A stretch of DNA of 58,461 nt from an archaeon (GTDB lineage: Archaea; Nanobdellota; Nanobdellia; Pacearchaeales; UBA284), in NCBI GenBank assembly GCA_030612665.1, contig JAUWNL010000002.1, positions 1 through 58,461 of the forward strand, in the 5' to 3' direction. This document shows, one piece after another, positions 45,967 to 53,761 of the stretch (the stretch's first letter is position 1; the number at the start of each line of letters is the position of its first letter). Below the pieces are notes generated by a model. It was not told where the DNA came from and searched no databases. It worked only from the letters and a program-made list of their open reading frames with translations. A program made the position numbers and the translations under genes.

Positions 45967-46506
45967 TTATTCTGCTGATGTTGATGGAGTTTGAGCTTGA
46001 GCTTCTGGGTGTGTTAAATCAATCTTTGATTGTTTTTGTTTTTTTTGTTTTTTAATCAATTGTACAATCTTTTCTTCATCAGATTTAACTATATAAGATG
46101 GAGCATCTATAACTTTTGCCCCTATTTTAATTTTTCTGTGAACTATGAGTTGTCTTGCTCCTTTAGGGCTTTTTGCGATGTTTTTTTTAGATACGATTGT
46201 TTGCAATCTTCTGTCGAGTAATGCTTCTTTTGTCAAAGCAAGAACATCATCAATGTTTGCTTCTTTCTTTATTAAACCTAATTTAACAAGACGATGGAAG
46301 AATTTTTCTTGTTCTTCTTGACTTGCTACAATCAATTGTTTTGCAAGATTTCTGATTCTTTTGATTTCTGATTCTGCTTTCCAAATTTCCTTCTTGTTTT
46401 TGAGACCATATTTTTTTGTGAGTTTTCTTTCTTCATTTATTCTTGCACTATCAAATAGTTTCTTTGGTCTTGAATATTTTTTATGTTTTTTCTTTGGGTC
46501 TCCCAT
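45967..46506 (-). CDS. rps4: 30S ribosomal protein uS4
   Basis: MGDPKKKHKKYSRPKK N-terminus and an S4 RNA-binding domain (RRLQTIV...ARQLIVHRKIKIG). Confidence 0.9.
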   Translation of the reverse strand: MGDPKKKHKKYSRPKKLFDSARINEERKLTKKYGLKNKKEIWKAESEIKRIRNLAKQLIVASQEEQEKFFHRLVKLGLIKKEANIDDVLALTKEALLDRRLQTIVSKKNIAKSPKGARQLIVHRKIKIGAKVIDAPSYIVKSDEEKIVQLIKKQKKQKQSKIDLTHPEAQAQTPSTSAE

Positions 46507-46537
46507 TTTTCATTATTATTTTTATTTTGTTTTAGGT

Positions 46538-47086
46538 TTATTTCTTTTTTGTTACTTTAGCTCTCTGAACTCCTATGGCTCTACCACTTCTAAAATGTCC
46601 CCGGGTTCTCTGGCCCCTGACAGGCTGGCCCAGAGTATGTCTTACTCCCTTGTAAGACCTCATCTTTTTCATTGCTCTGATATCAAATGCTTTTTGAAGA
46701 TCTAATTCAGTAGTAGCGAGATGTTTATCTTCTCCAGTCTCTTGGTCTTTTCTTCTATTGAGAAGCCAGGAAGGTAATGAAGGGTCTGGATTTTTTATAA
46801 ATTCAGTTATCTTTTTAATTTCATCTTCAGACAAGTCTGATATTTTTTTATTTTTGTCGAGTTTTAACATGTGACATAAAGCATTTGAAAAAGCCCAGGA
46901 AACTCCTTTTATTCTTGTTAACCCAGGATATAATTTTGTCTTAACGGGAATATCTGTAGCAAGAATCCTGATTAAATCTTCTTCAATAATTTCTTTTCCC
47001 CGTCCCTTTCCTTTGTGTTTCTTTTTTGGTTCTTCTTTTTTTTCTGCTTTCTTTTCTTCTTGTTTAGGTTTTTGTTCTTGTGCCAT
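46538..47086 (-). CDS. rps13: 30S ribosomal protein uS13
   Basis: IRILATDIP and GVRHTLGQPVRGQRTRGHFR. Lys/Glu-rich N-terminal extension. Confidence 0.9.
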   Translation of the reverse strand: MAQEQKPKQEEKKAEKKEEPKKKHKGKGRGKEIIEEDLIRILATDIPVKTKLYPGLTRIKGVSWAFSNALCHMLKLDKNKKISDLSEDEIKKITEFIKNPDPSLPSWLLNRRKDQETGEDKHLATTELDLQKAFDIRAMKKMRSYKGVRHTLGQPVRGQRTRGHFRSGRAIGVQRAKVTKKK

Positions 47087-47125
47087 TTTATTTTTGTTTT
47101 TGTGTCTTGCTTTTTTTGCTTTTTT

Positions 47126-47665
47126 TTAACCTGCAAATAGTCTATATCTTATTTCTTGTGTTAATTCTTCAATTAATCTTTTTTCAACAGTTTTTCTTGG
47201 ATCTGGTAAATTCTTTAATCTTTTTTTCATATCTTCAAATGATTCAAAAGGTTTTTTATCTCGTTCATCAAGAATCGTTCTCATATATTTCTTGCCAAAT
47301 CCGGGTAAAAGCTCGAGCTGATGAATTCTAGTGTTTATTGCTACAGCAGTATTAAAAAAATTAACAAATTTTTTTTCTTGTTCTTGGACTATTTTTTCAA
47401 CAAAATCCTGTATTTGGAGTTTTGCTGTTTCAGTAAGCTTGTCTTTGTATAACTTTCCTCTAATAAAATAAATCTTGTCCCGTTTTTCAGGCCCAATGTA
47501 AACTATTTCCTTAAGTTCAAGTTTTATTCCTTTTCTAGGAACAAGTTCTAGAAGTGTAAAATGTGAAAGGCCTATGGCTTGTGCTATGGGCATTCTCCTC
47601 CCCTCGAGAGGATATCCATTTGATAAAAAATCTAATATTATAGCTTTTTCTTCTTTGGCTTCCAT
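47126..47665 (-). CDS. DUF655-family protein with helix-hairpin-helix motif
   Basis: Conserved archaeal L21e-rpoF-DUF655 gene order; HhH-like LELLPGFGKKYMRTIL. Confidence 0.6.
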   Translation of the reverse strand: MEAKEEKAIILDFLSNGYPLEGRRMPIAQAIGLSHFTLLELVPRKGIKLELKEIVYIGPEKRDKIYFIRGKLYKDKLTETAKLQIQDFVEKIVQEQEKKFVNFFNTAVAINTRIHQLELLPGFGKKYMRTILDERDKKPFESFEDMKKRLKNLPDPRKTVEKRLIEELTQEIRYRLFAG

Positions 47666-47670
47666 TTTCC

Positions 47671-48012
47671 TTATATGAATTTTTTAGCTTTTTCAAGTAT
47701 TGAATTAATTTCATTTTCACCTAAATTTATTCCTTGTCCAAAAAATATCTTCCTTACATCTTCTGCGTCTTCTGGCAAGAAATTAATGATATTAACAATA
47801 TCTTTTTCTTTTAATTTTATGATGTTTAATGCAAGGAGTTCTTGTTTAAGTTTCTTGGCTTCCTCTGGTTTTAATTTAACAATTTTTTTCAATAAATCAT
47901 GAACATTTCTTAATCTGGAATTTTCTTCATTTTCTTCTTTAACTTCTTTAGACTTAGCAGTAACTATTTCTTTTACTTCTGTCAATGTAAGTGGTTTTTT
48001 TTCTACTATCAT
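47671..48012 (-). CDS. rpoF: DNA-directed RNA polymerase subunit F (Rpo4, Rpb4-like)
   Basis: 113-aa acidic helical protein in the conserved position downstream of rpl21e. Confidence 0.6.
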   Translation of the reverse strand: MIVEKKPLTLTEVKEIVTAKSKEVKEENEENSRLRNVHDLLKKIVKLKPEEAKKLKQELLALNIIKLKEKDIVNIINFLPEDAEDVRKIFFGQGINLGENEINSILEKAKKFI

Positions 48013-48075
48013 TTTGATATTTATTACTATATTTATTATTAATTATTATTTTTTTTATTATTGATTTATTTTAAT

Positions 48076-48327
48076 CTATTTTAATCTCTTTAAATGCATG
48101 GGGTTTACTGTAAATTTTTTGTATGTTTTACCATTTAATAATCTTACTATATAGCACCTTCCTTGTTTTCCTGTAACAACGCCAGTCTTGCCCTGCATTC
48201 TCTTTGGAAATGACTCTTTGAATGATAAGTCTCTTACTAGAGCTACTTTATCTCCCTTGTTTAGCTCTTGGAAGTACTGACTAAGTTTAGTTCTTCGTTT
48301 TTCTCTAATTTTCTTTCTCTTTAACAT
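48076..48327 (-). CDS. rpl21e: 50S ribosomal protein L21e
   Basis: GDKVALVRD ... GKTGVVTGKQGRCYIV; SH3-like L21e core. Confidence 0.85.
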   Translation of the reverse strand: MLKRKKIREKRRTKLSQYFQELNKGDKVALVRDLSFKESFPKRMQGKTGVVTGKQGRCYIVRLLNGKTYKKFTVNPMHLKRLK

Positions 48328-48379
48328 TTTCTCATCCTTAAAATTCTCTTTAACTTTCCCTTTAACCTTCTTCCTGTAT

Positions 48380-48757
48380 TTAAAGCCTTCTTGTTATTTT
48401 CCGGATTGGGTGTTGAGGTAATTTTTTCTTAATTCTATGTTCAACACCTGAAAGCAACTTTTTCATAATAAGATTAAGGCCATTATAAAGGTTTTTATAT
48501 TGTAACGATGCACTAATGACGCGGCCTGGTCTTACTATAAGATCTGCCCTTAATTCATGACTGAACATCTTTCCTTTTTGATGTTGCCTGAGTTTTATTT
48601 TTAAGAGATTATATGCAACTTCATTCTCAAGTTTGCTAAGATATTTTTGTAATATCTTCTTAACAACTGTTATCTCTGCTTTCTCAAGTTTCTCAAAACC
48701 TATGAGCTGAATGTTTCTACCCAAAACTATGTTAATCTCTTTAATATTCTTAGGCAT
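48380..48757 (-). CDS. hypothetical protein with HPF/RaiA (S30AE)-like sequence pattern
   Basis: The pattern LIGFEKLEKAE..KYLSKLE, then ELRADLIVRPGRVISASLQYKNLYNGLNLIMKKLLSGVEHRIKKK, parallels the bacterial HPF layout by eye. ATG at 48757; the ORF-track start is a TTG. Confidence 0.3.
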   Translation of the reverse strand: MPKNIKEINIVLGRNIQLIGFEKLEKAEITVVKKILQKYLSKLENEVAYNLLKIKLRQHQKGKMFSHELRADLIVRPGRVISASLQYKNLYNGLNLIMKKLLSGVEHRIKKKLPQHPIRKITRRL

Positions 48758-48910
48758 GAAAAAATAAGCCAAAGTAGTTTTAAAAAGCTTTTCTTAGTTA
48801 TTTTTTGATTATTTTATTATATTTCATTATTGTTCTCGTATAAATAAAAGCTTATATATTAGAAAGGGTTTTATTTTTTAGGCTTAGGTAAGGAAGGAAT
48901 ATAATATAAA

Positions 48911-49522
48911 ATGGCAAGGAAAGTTGATGCTGTAATCTTGGCGGGGGGAGTACTTGGAAAAAATAATTTTCCTAAAGCACTTATTGAAGCAAGCCCCCAT
49001 AAGACTGTTCTTGAAAGGCAGATTGAATGGCTCAGTCCTGTAGTTGACAGGATTATTATTGCTTGTAGAGATTATGAGGCTGAGCAAATTAAAAAATATC
49101 TCCAACTTAGAGGCAATTTTGTATTCTCAATTGAACATGAGCTACTCGGGACAGCAGGAGCCCTCAAAAAGGCTCTGAAATATGCAAAAAGAAGCGATGT
49201 TATTGTTTGTAATGTTGATGATGTAACTAATATTGATATTCATACTTTACTTAATTTTGGGGAGAATAGTATTTGTGTAGCTAATCCTAGACTGCCTTTT
49301 GGAGTTATTGAAATGGAAAATTTGAATATTATTAGTTTCAGGGAAAAACCCCTGCTCAAGGAAATATGGGTGAGCTGTGGAGTTTATTTAATTAATAAGA
49401 AAATACAAAAAGAGTTGCCTGAAAAAGGCTCTCTTGAGAGAGATGTATTTCCTTTTATGAAACTTAAGGCTTACAAACACTATGGGATTTGGAAAACATT
49501 CAGTCTCCAGAAGATCTATTAA
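48911..49522 (+). CDS. sugar-phosphate nucleotidyltransferase (NTP_transferase family)
   Basis: AVILAGGVLGK and ELLGTAGAL motifs. Confidence 0.7.
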   Translation: MARKVDAVILAGGVLGKNNFPKALIEASPHKTVLERQIEWLSPVVDRIIIACRDYEAEQIKKYLQLRGNFVFSIEHELLGTAGALKKALKYAKRSDVIVCNVDDVTNIDIHTLLNFGENSICVANPRLPFGVIEMENLNIISFREKPLLKEIWVSCGVYLINKKIQKELPEKGSLERDVFPFMKLKAYKHYGIWKTFSLQKIY

Positions 49523-49667
49523 TAGTAGCTACAATAATTATAGTAAATACAATAATTCTCTGGACAATCTTGTTTCTAACTTATCTATTTCAGAATGACT
49601 ATAAAAATCATAGAAATATCAATATGAGAACATAAAACCTTTTATAGTTTTATAACTTAAACCTCTA

Positions 49668-50360
49668 ATGACATTCCTAGATGTGTTTAAAAAGAAGAGA
49701 GAAATAGAACCAATCCAGCCTTTTGAATTAGTTAATAAAAAAGATAATGAAAGGTTCATGGATTTTTATGAAAAAATCATAAAGTACTCGTTAATTATGC
49801 TTATAACAGGCAAGCGAGGTTCTGGCAAGACTAGTTTAGGGATGACATTTCTCAGTATCTATCATTCCCTTAACAAAAAATGTTTTGCTATAGGTTTTGA
49901 TAAAGCTAAATTTCCAAGATGGCTTAAAAAAGCCAGGCAAATAGAAGACATCCCAAATAATAGTACAGTATTAGTAGATGAAGGAGCCATAGTTTATTCT
50001 TCAAGAGACTCAATGAAAGATTCGAATAAGATGTTGGGAAAACTCATGGCAATAGCAAGACACAAGAGCCTTAATTTAATTCTAATCAGTCAGAGTACAG
50101 CAATGCTAGATGTAAATGTTTTAAGGCTGGCAGATGTTCTTCTGCTCAAGCAACCCTCGCTACTTCAATCAGAATTTGAGAGGAAAGCCCTGCAAAAAAT
50201 CTATAAGAAAATTCATCCATTGTTTAAGAAAATTCCAAAAACAGAAAAAAAAGAAAAACATTTTTATGTATGGAGTGATGAATTTCAAGGCATGCTCAAT
50301 TACGAGTTACCAGAATTTTGGAATCAAAGTATAAGTAAATCTTTCCAAGGTTTTAAATAA
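49668..50360 (+). CDS. Zot-like P-loop NTPase
   Basis: Walker A ITGKRGSGKTS, Walker B VLVDEG, and IARHKSLNLILISQ resembling the HRHxGxDIxxxTQ motif of the Zot/pI family. Confidence 0.55.
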   Translation: MTFLDVFKKKREIEPIQPFELVNKKDNERFMDFYEKIIKYSLIMLITGKRGSGKTSLGMTFLSIYHSLNKKCFAIGFDKAKFPRWLKKARQIEDIPNNSTVLVDEGAIVYSSRDSMKDSNKMLGKLMAIARHKSLNLILISQSTAMLDVNVLRLADVLLLKQPSLLQSEFERKALQKIYKKIHPLFKKIPKTEKKEKHFYVWSDEFQGMLNYELPEFWNQSISKSFQGFK

Positions 50361-50409
50361 AACAAAGAAAATAATAAAAAAAAGAAAGTAAAAAGAGAAA
50401 AAAGGAAAA

Positions 50410-51150
50410 ATGTTAAAAAGTACAATCTCAGAATTAAAAGATATACTTCATGAAATACAGAGAAGAAATATTGATCTTAATGAAAAAATCCATAATCCTT
50501 TTGACTTTAAAAAAAGAGAGCAATCTTATTATTCTAGACTTTTAGGAAGTCAGATAAGAAAAGTCAAGGTAAGTTTAGCTGAGGGCTTGCTTTATGGAAA
50601 AGCAAAACATAGAGAGAGTCTTGATGAAATAAAACAAAATATTGAGATGATTGAACAAAAGATAAAATTAAATGATCTTCTAGAGGCAACTTCACTTGTG
50701 TCAAACATAAAAGATATTCCTAATATCAAAGTTGAAAAGCCTTTGTTTGAGACTAAATCTTTCTTTTTGCCTCATGTTCCAAGAGAAGTTTATTATGAAA
50801 TTAAAAGTAATTTTGATGAAATTACAATCTGTTTTGAAAATAGATGTTATCGGGCTGCCACTATTCTTTGCGGCAAGATTCTTGAAATAGCTCTCCATAG
50901 AAAGTATTTTGAGGTTACTGGAAAAGACATGCTTGAAAAAGCTCCAAGCATTGGCTTAGGAAATATGTTAGTAAGACTCAAGGAATCAGGAGTAATAATA
51001 GAACCAGGGCTTTCAAACCAGATACATATAATCAATCAACTCCGTATTTCAAGTGTTCATAAGAAAACAACTCATTTTGTTCCCAGCAGAGCCCAATGCC
51101 AGGCTTCAATTCTCTATACTCTTGATGCATTAAAGAAATTATTCAGATAA
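50410..51150 (+). CDS. coiled-coil protein with C-terminal HEPN-like (DUF4145-like) domain carrying Rx4H
   Basis: The N-terminal ~100 aa have heptad-like charge periodicity. The C-terminus contains RAATILCGKILEIALHRKY and QLRISSVHKK (R212-x4-H217, nt 51043-51060). Confidence 0.5.
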   Translation: MLKSTISELKDILHEIQRRNIDLNEKIHNPFDFKKREQSYYSRLLGSQIRKVKVSLAEGLLYGKAKHRESLDEIKQNIEMIEQKIKLNDLLEATSLVSNIKDIPNIKVEKPLFETKSFFLPHVPREVYYEIKSNFDEITICFENRCYRAATILCGKILEIALHRKYFEVTGKDMLEKAPSIGLGNMLVRLKESGVIIEPGLSNQIHIINQLRISSVHKKTTHFVPSRAQCQASILYTLDALKKLFR

Positions 51151-51200
51151 TATAATCTCTAAAATACAAATATTGAATAATTAATTGAATAATCTTAATC

Positions 51201-51479
51201 TCAAGCTATAAGACTGAAAATTCCTTTTTGCCCAACTAAGGCTGCTGCAATAAAAAGTAAAAACACTGGAAGTGAAAAGAACATTGTCATAAACAAGCAG
51301 CAAGCAGCAAACAAGTCAAAAGCAGAAGCAAGATTAAATGAAAAGATAAATATCAAAACTTTCAATAACAAGTAAGCGCCAGCAATAAACACAAGAATCC
51401 AAGGAACATTAACTCTAAGGGCAAGTAAAACTAGTAATAATGCACATAAAATATCAATAGCTCCAAGGATTTTTATCAT
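51201..51479 (-). CDS. small 3-TM membrane protein (hypothetical)
   Basis: 92 aa from the ATG at 51479; the ORF-track start at 51533 is a TTG. Strongly hydrophobic. Confidence 0.4.
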   Translation of the reverse strand: MIKILGAIDILCALLLVLLALRVNVPWILVFIAGAYLLLKVLIFIFSFNLASAFDLFAACCLFMTMFFSLPVFLLFIAAALVGQKGIFSLIA

Positions 51480-51534
51480 TAAAAATCCAGCAAACAAAGA
51501 TTTATAAATCTTTAATATATCAAAATTCCACAAA

Positions 51535-51765
51535 ATGGAATGTATCTTAGCTCATATTGCATATCAAGCAATTAATAATAATGGGGACAAAGAAAGAATT
51601 AGGGAATTGCTCAAGCCAGTGTTAAGATCATGTTTAGAGAAAAAGGCTCAATTTAAAAATAAAGAAGGCAAATGCAGAATTATACAAAAAATTCCCTATT
51701 ATGATGTTGTTAAATGTGAATATTTAAAAGAAAATAATTGCACTTATAAAAAAAATGGAAAGTAG
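51535..51765 (+). CDS. hypothetical small Cys-containing protein
   Basis: 76-aa ORF with an ATG start, overlapping the next ORF by 11 nt. No known motif. Confidence 0.3.
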   Translation: MECILAHIAYQAINNNGDKERIRELLKPVLRSCLEKKAQFKNKEGKCRIIQKIPYYDVVKCEYLKENNCTYKKNGK

Positions 51766-52033
51766 AGATGAAAATAAGGAATACAAGGAAGATAAGGAAG
51801 ATAATGGAAAAATAATAGAAGGAAGGCAAGGAGGATATAAATATCCCGAGGAAAAGCTCATTCCAGAAGATGCAAAATTATTCTTTTCAACTAGTTCTTA
51901 TGAGTTTTATCATCATAAAGATAAAAAAGGAAAAATTATAATTTATATTAAAATAGCTAATTATCATGCTGGACAATTAAAAATTCCTTTAAGCAAACTT
52001 GAAGAAATGATAAGTTATATCAAAGAAGAATAA
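51755..52033 (+). CDS. hypothetical small acidic/basic protein
   Basis: 92-aa ORF coupled to the upstream ORF. No known motif. Confidence 0.3.
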   Translation: MESRDENKEYKEDKEDNGKIIEGRQGGYKYPEEKLIPEDAKLFFSTSSYEFYHHKDKKGKIIIYIKIANYHAGQLKIPLSKLEEMISYIKEE

Positions 52034-52071
52034 TCTTGCTGCCTCATTAGGAGAAAAAGATTAATTATATA

Positions 52072-52476
52072 TTAATTATATTTTTCTTGATATTTCATAA
52101 TCAATTCTATATCTACTTTGTCTTTTTCTCTTCCAACTTTCTTTTTCCATTCTAAGATATAATCTAATTTAACATATTTTATACCATCAATAACATCAGC
52201 ATTGTCTATCAAAAGATTAGTATCATAATCTAAAGGGTTCCATTTATCTGATATTTCTAAATTTCCTATCCTAAGGATCCCATCGCTACTAACTTTATAT
52301 TCTCTTTCCTTCAAATTTTCAAAAACCTCTTTTCTAATTATTATGTCTAAATCTCCTGGTCCTCTAATTCCACGAACAGCCATAGGACCAGAACCACAGA
52401 TAGCAAAATCATTATAATTTATATTTTCTTTTTCAGCAATAACCTTTAATAATGCTAATAAATCTTCAAATTCCAT
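52072..52476 (-). CDS. minimal nucleotidyltransferase-fold protein (MNT-like)
   Basis: GS-x13-DxD signature in ICGSGPMAVRGIRGPGDLDIII; 134 aa. Confidence 0.55.
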   Translation of the reverse strand: MEFEDLLALLKVIAEKENINYNDFAICGSGPMAVRGIRGPGDLDIIIRKEVFENLKEREYKVSSDGILRIGNLEISDKWNPLDYDTNLLIDNADVIDGIKYVKLDYILEWKKKVGREKDKVDIELIMKYQEKYN

Positions 52477-52498
52477 TTTAGATTATAATATTATAAAT

Positions 52499-53311
52499 TC
52501 ATAATTCATCAAGAGGATTCTTCACTTTTTTAAGTTCTTCTGTGCTTACATGAGTATAGATTTGTGTTGTGCTAAGATTTTCATGTCCTAGTAAGACCTG
52601 TATCTTGCGTATATCTGTTCCTGCTTCAAGTAGATGTGTTGCAAAACTATGTCTAAGGGTATGGGGAGTTACTTTTTTCTGAATCTCGGCTTTAGCAGCC
52701 AATTTTTTCACAATCTTTTGAATATTTCGTGGAGTCAGAGGCTTTTCCTTAGAAAAAACATACACATGATCTTGATGATCAGAAAGATATCCAGCAAGTT
52801 CTGGAATAATTTTCTCAGATAAGACAAAAACCCTGTCTTTTCTGCCTTTACCTTTGCGTACCCATCCTATCTTCTCATTAAAATTAATATCATTGACTTT
52901 AAGATTAACTAACTCACTAACCCGAACTCCCGAAGAATAAAGCAGTTTAATTATCAACTTAGATTTGTGAGTATCAGCAAGTTCTATTATCTTTTTAACT
53001 TCATCTCGAGAAAGAACTTCAGGTAATGTTTTTTCTTTTTTAGGAAGATTGATACTTTTTATTGGCTTGTCAAATAAAGAGAAAAAGTATTTTAGACTAG
53101 AAGCAGCAAGACTAACTGTACTTCGACTTTTAGAATCAATCATATTTGCAAGAAAAGTTTTGACATCTTCTTCTCCAAGCTCATCAATAGTTTTATTCGT
53201 CTGAGCAAGAAACTTTTCAACAAACCAAAGATAGTTTCTAATAGTCAATTCACTTGAACCTTTTAACTTCAACTCAATCTTCAACTTTTCAATTGCCTCT
53301 TTTCTTTCCAT
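52499..53311 (-). CDS. xerA: tyrosine recombinase (XerA/XerC-like integrase)
   Basis: N-terminal SAM-like domain, catalytic region HTLRHSFATHLLEAG ... LLGHENLSTTQIYTHV (R-H-R-Y set). Confidence 0.85.
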   Translation of the reverse strand: MERKEAIEKLKIELKLKGSSELTIRNYLWFVEKFLAQTNKTIDELGEEDVKTFLANMIDSKSRSTVSLAASSLKYFFSLFDKPIKSINLPKKEKTLPEVLSRDEVKKIIELADTHKSKLIIKLLYSSGVRVSELVNLKVNDINFNEKIGWVRKGKGRKDRVFVLSEKIIPELAGYLSDHQDHVYVFSKEKPLTPRNIQKIVKKLAAKAEIQKKVTPHTLRHSFATHLLEAGTDIRKIQVLLGHENLSTTQIYTHVSTEELKKVKNPLDEL

Positions 53312-53434
53312 GAAAGAATTAAAGCGAACCTCGTATATAAATTTTTACAATAATTTCATCAAATAAGAAATCATATAATAAACCAAATAATTAATCAAAT
53401 AAATCATAATAACAATTATAAACAGCTCTTTCTT

Positions 53435-53761
53435 ATGAAAATAATGGATAAAAAACAAGCAAAAACTTTCAAATTATCACCAAGTGCATTAACATTAATG
53501 GAAGACTGTCCAAGATGTTTCTGGCTCCATCTAACCCAAAATCCAAATCAAAGACATAGCAAGTTTTATAAATCCATAATATTGCATCTTATCAGAATGC
53601 TCCCTAGTAATCCTACGGGGTCGCTAGATGACTTTGAATTACAACAAAAAGCTTATAAATCAAAGGAGATTAGATATAATATTCAAGTCCCCGGTATGGC
53701 TCTTCGGGGTAATGCCGGGCTTCCTATTCATTCTTTAAATATTATTGGAGGTAAAATATGA
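53435..53761 (+). CDS. small protein sharing only the N-terminal Cys motif of the Cas4-like nuclease (truncated paralog or pseudogene remnant)
   Basis: Residues FKLSPSALTLMEDCPRCFWLH match the N-terminus of 54419..55108, including a perfect 37-nt identity. The rest is unrelated. A 108-codon open frame is unusual for AT-rich DNA. ATGA overlap with the NYN gene. Confidence 0.4.
   Translation: MKIMDKKQAKTFKLSPSALTLMEDCPRCFWLHLTQNPNQRHSKFYKSIILHLIRMLPSNPTGSLDDFELQQKAYKSKEIRYNIQVPGMALRGNAGLPIHSLNIIGGKI
53495..53531 (+). repeat. 37-bp perfect direct repeat, copy 1 (copy 2 at 54455..54491)
   Basis: TTAATGGAAGACTGTCCAAGATGTTTCTGGCTCCATC is identical at both sites, exactly 960 bp apart. The flanks are only about 65% similar. 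Confidence 0.9.

Noticed and set aside
49470-49635. A +1-frame hydrophobic extension (…LLIVATIIIVNTIILWTILFLTYLF…) running past the stop of the nucleotidyltransferase gene. It hints at a frameshifted membrane anchor or a small TM ORF.
   Set aside because: There is no ATG in that frame, only a possible TTG. There is no slippery sequence, and the gene ends with three consecutive stops (TAA TAG TAG). It is most likely chance.
50134-50334. 66-aa plus-strand ORF in another frame inside the Zot-like ATPase gene.
   Set aside because: It is fully nested in a longer ORF that has Walker motifs, and there is no independent evidence for it.
53312-53680. Searched near the recombinase gene for a dif-like site with 11-bp inverted arms and a 6-bp spacer. 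TTAGATATAAT at about 53668 looked arm-like.
   Set aside because: No matching inverted second arm is present, and I cannot recall the archaeal dif consensus precisely enough to call one.
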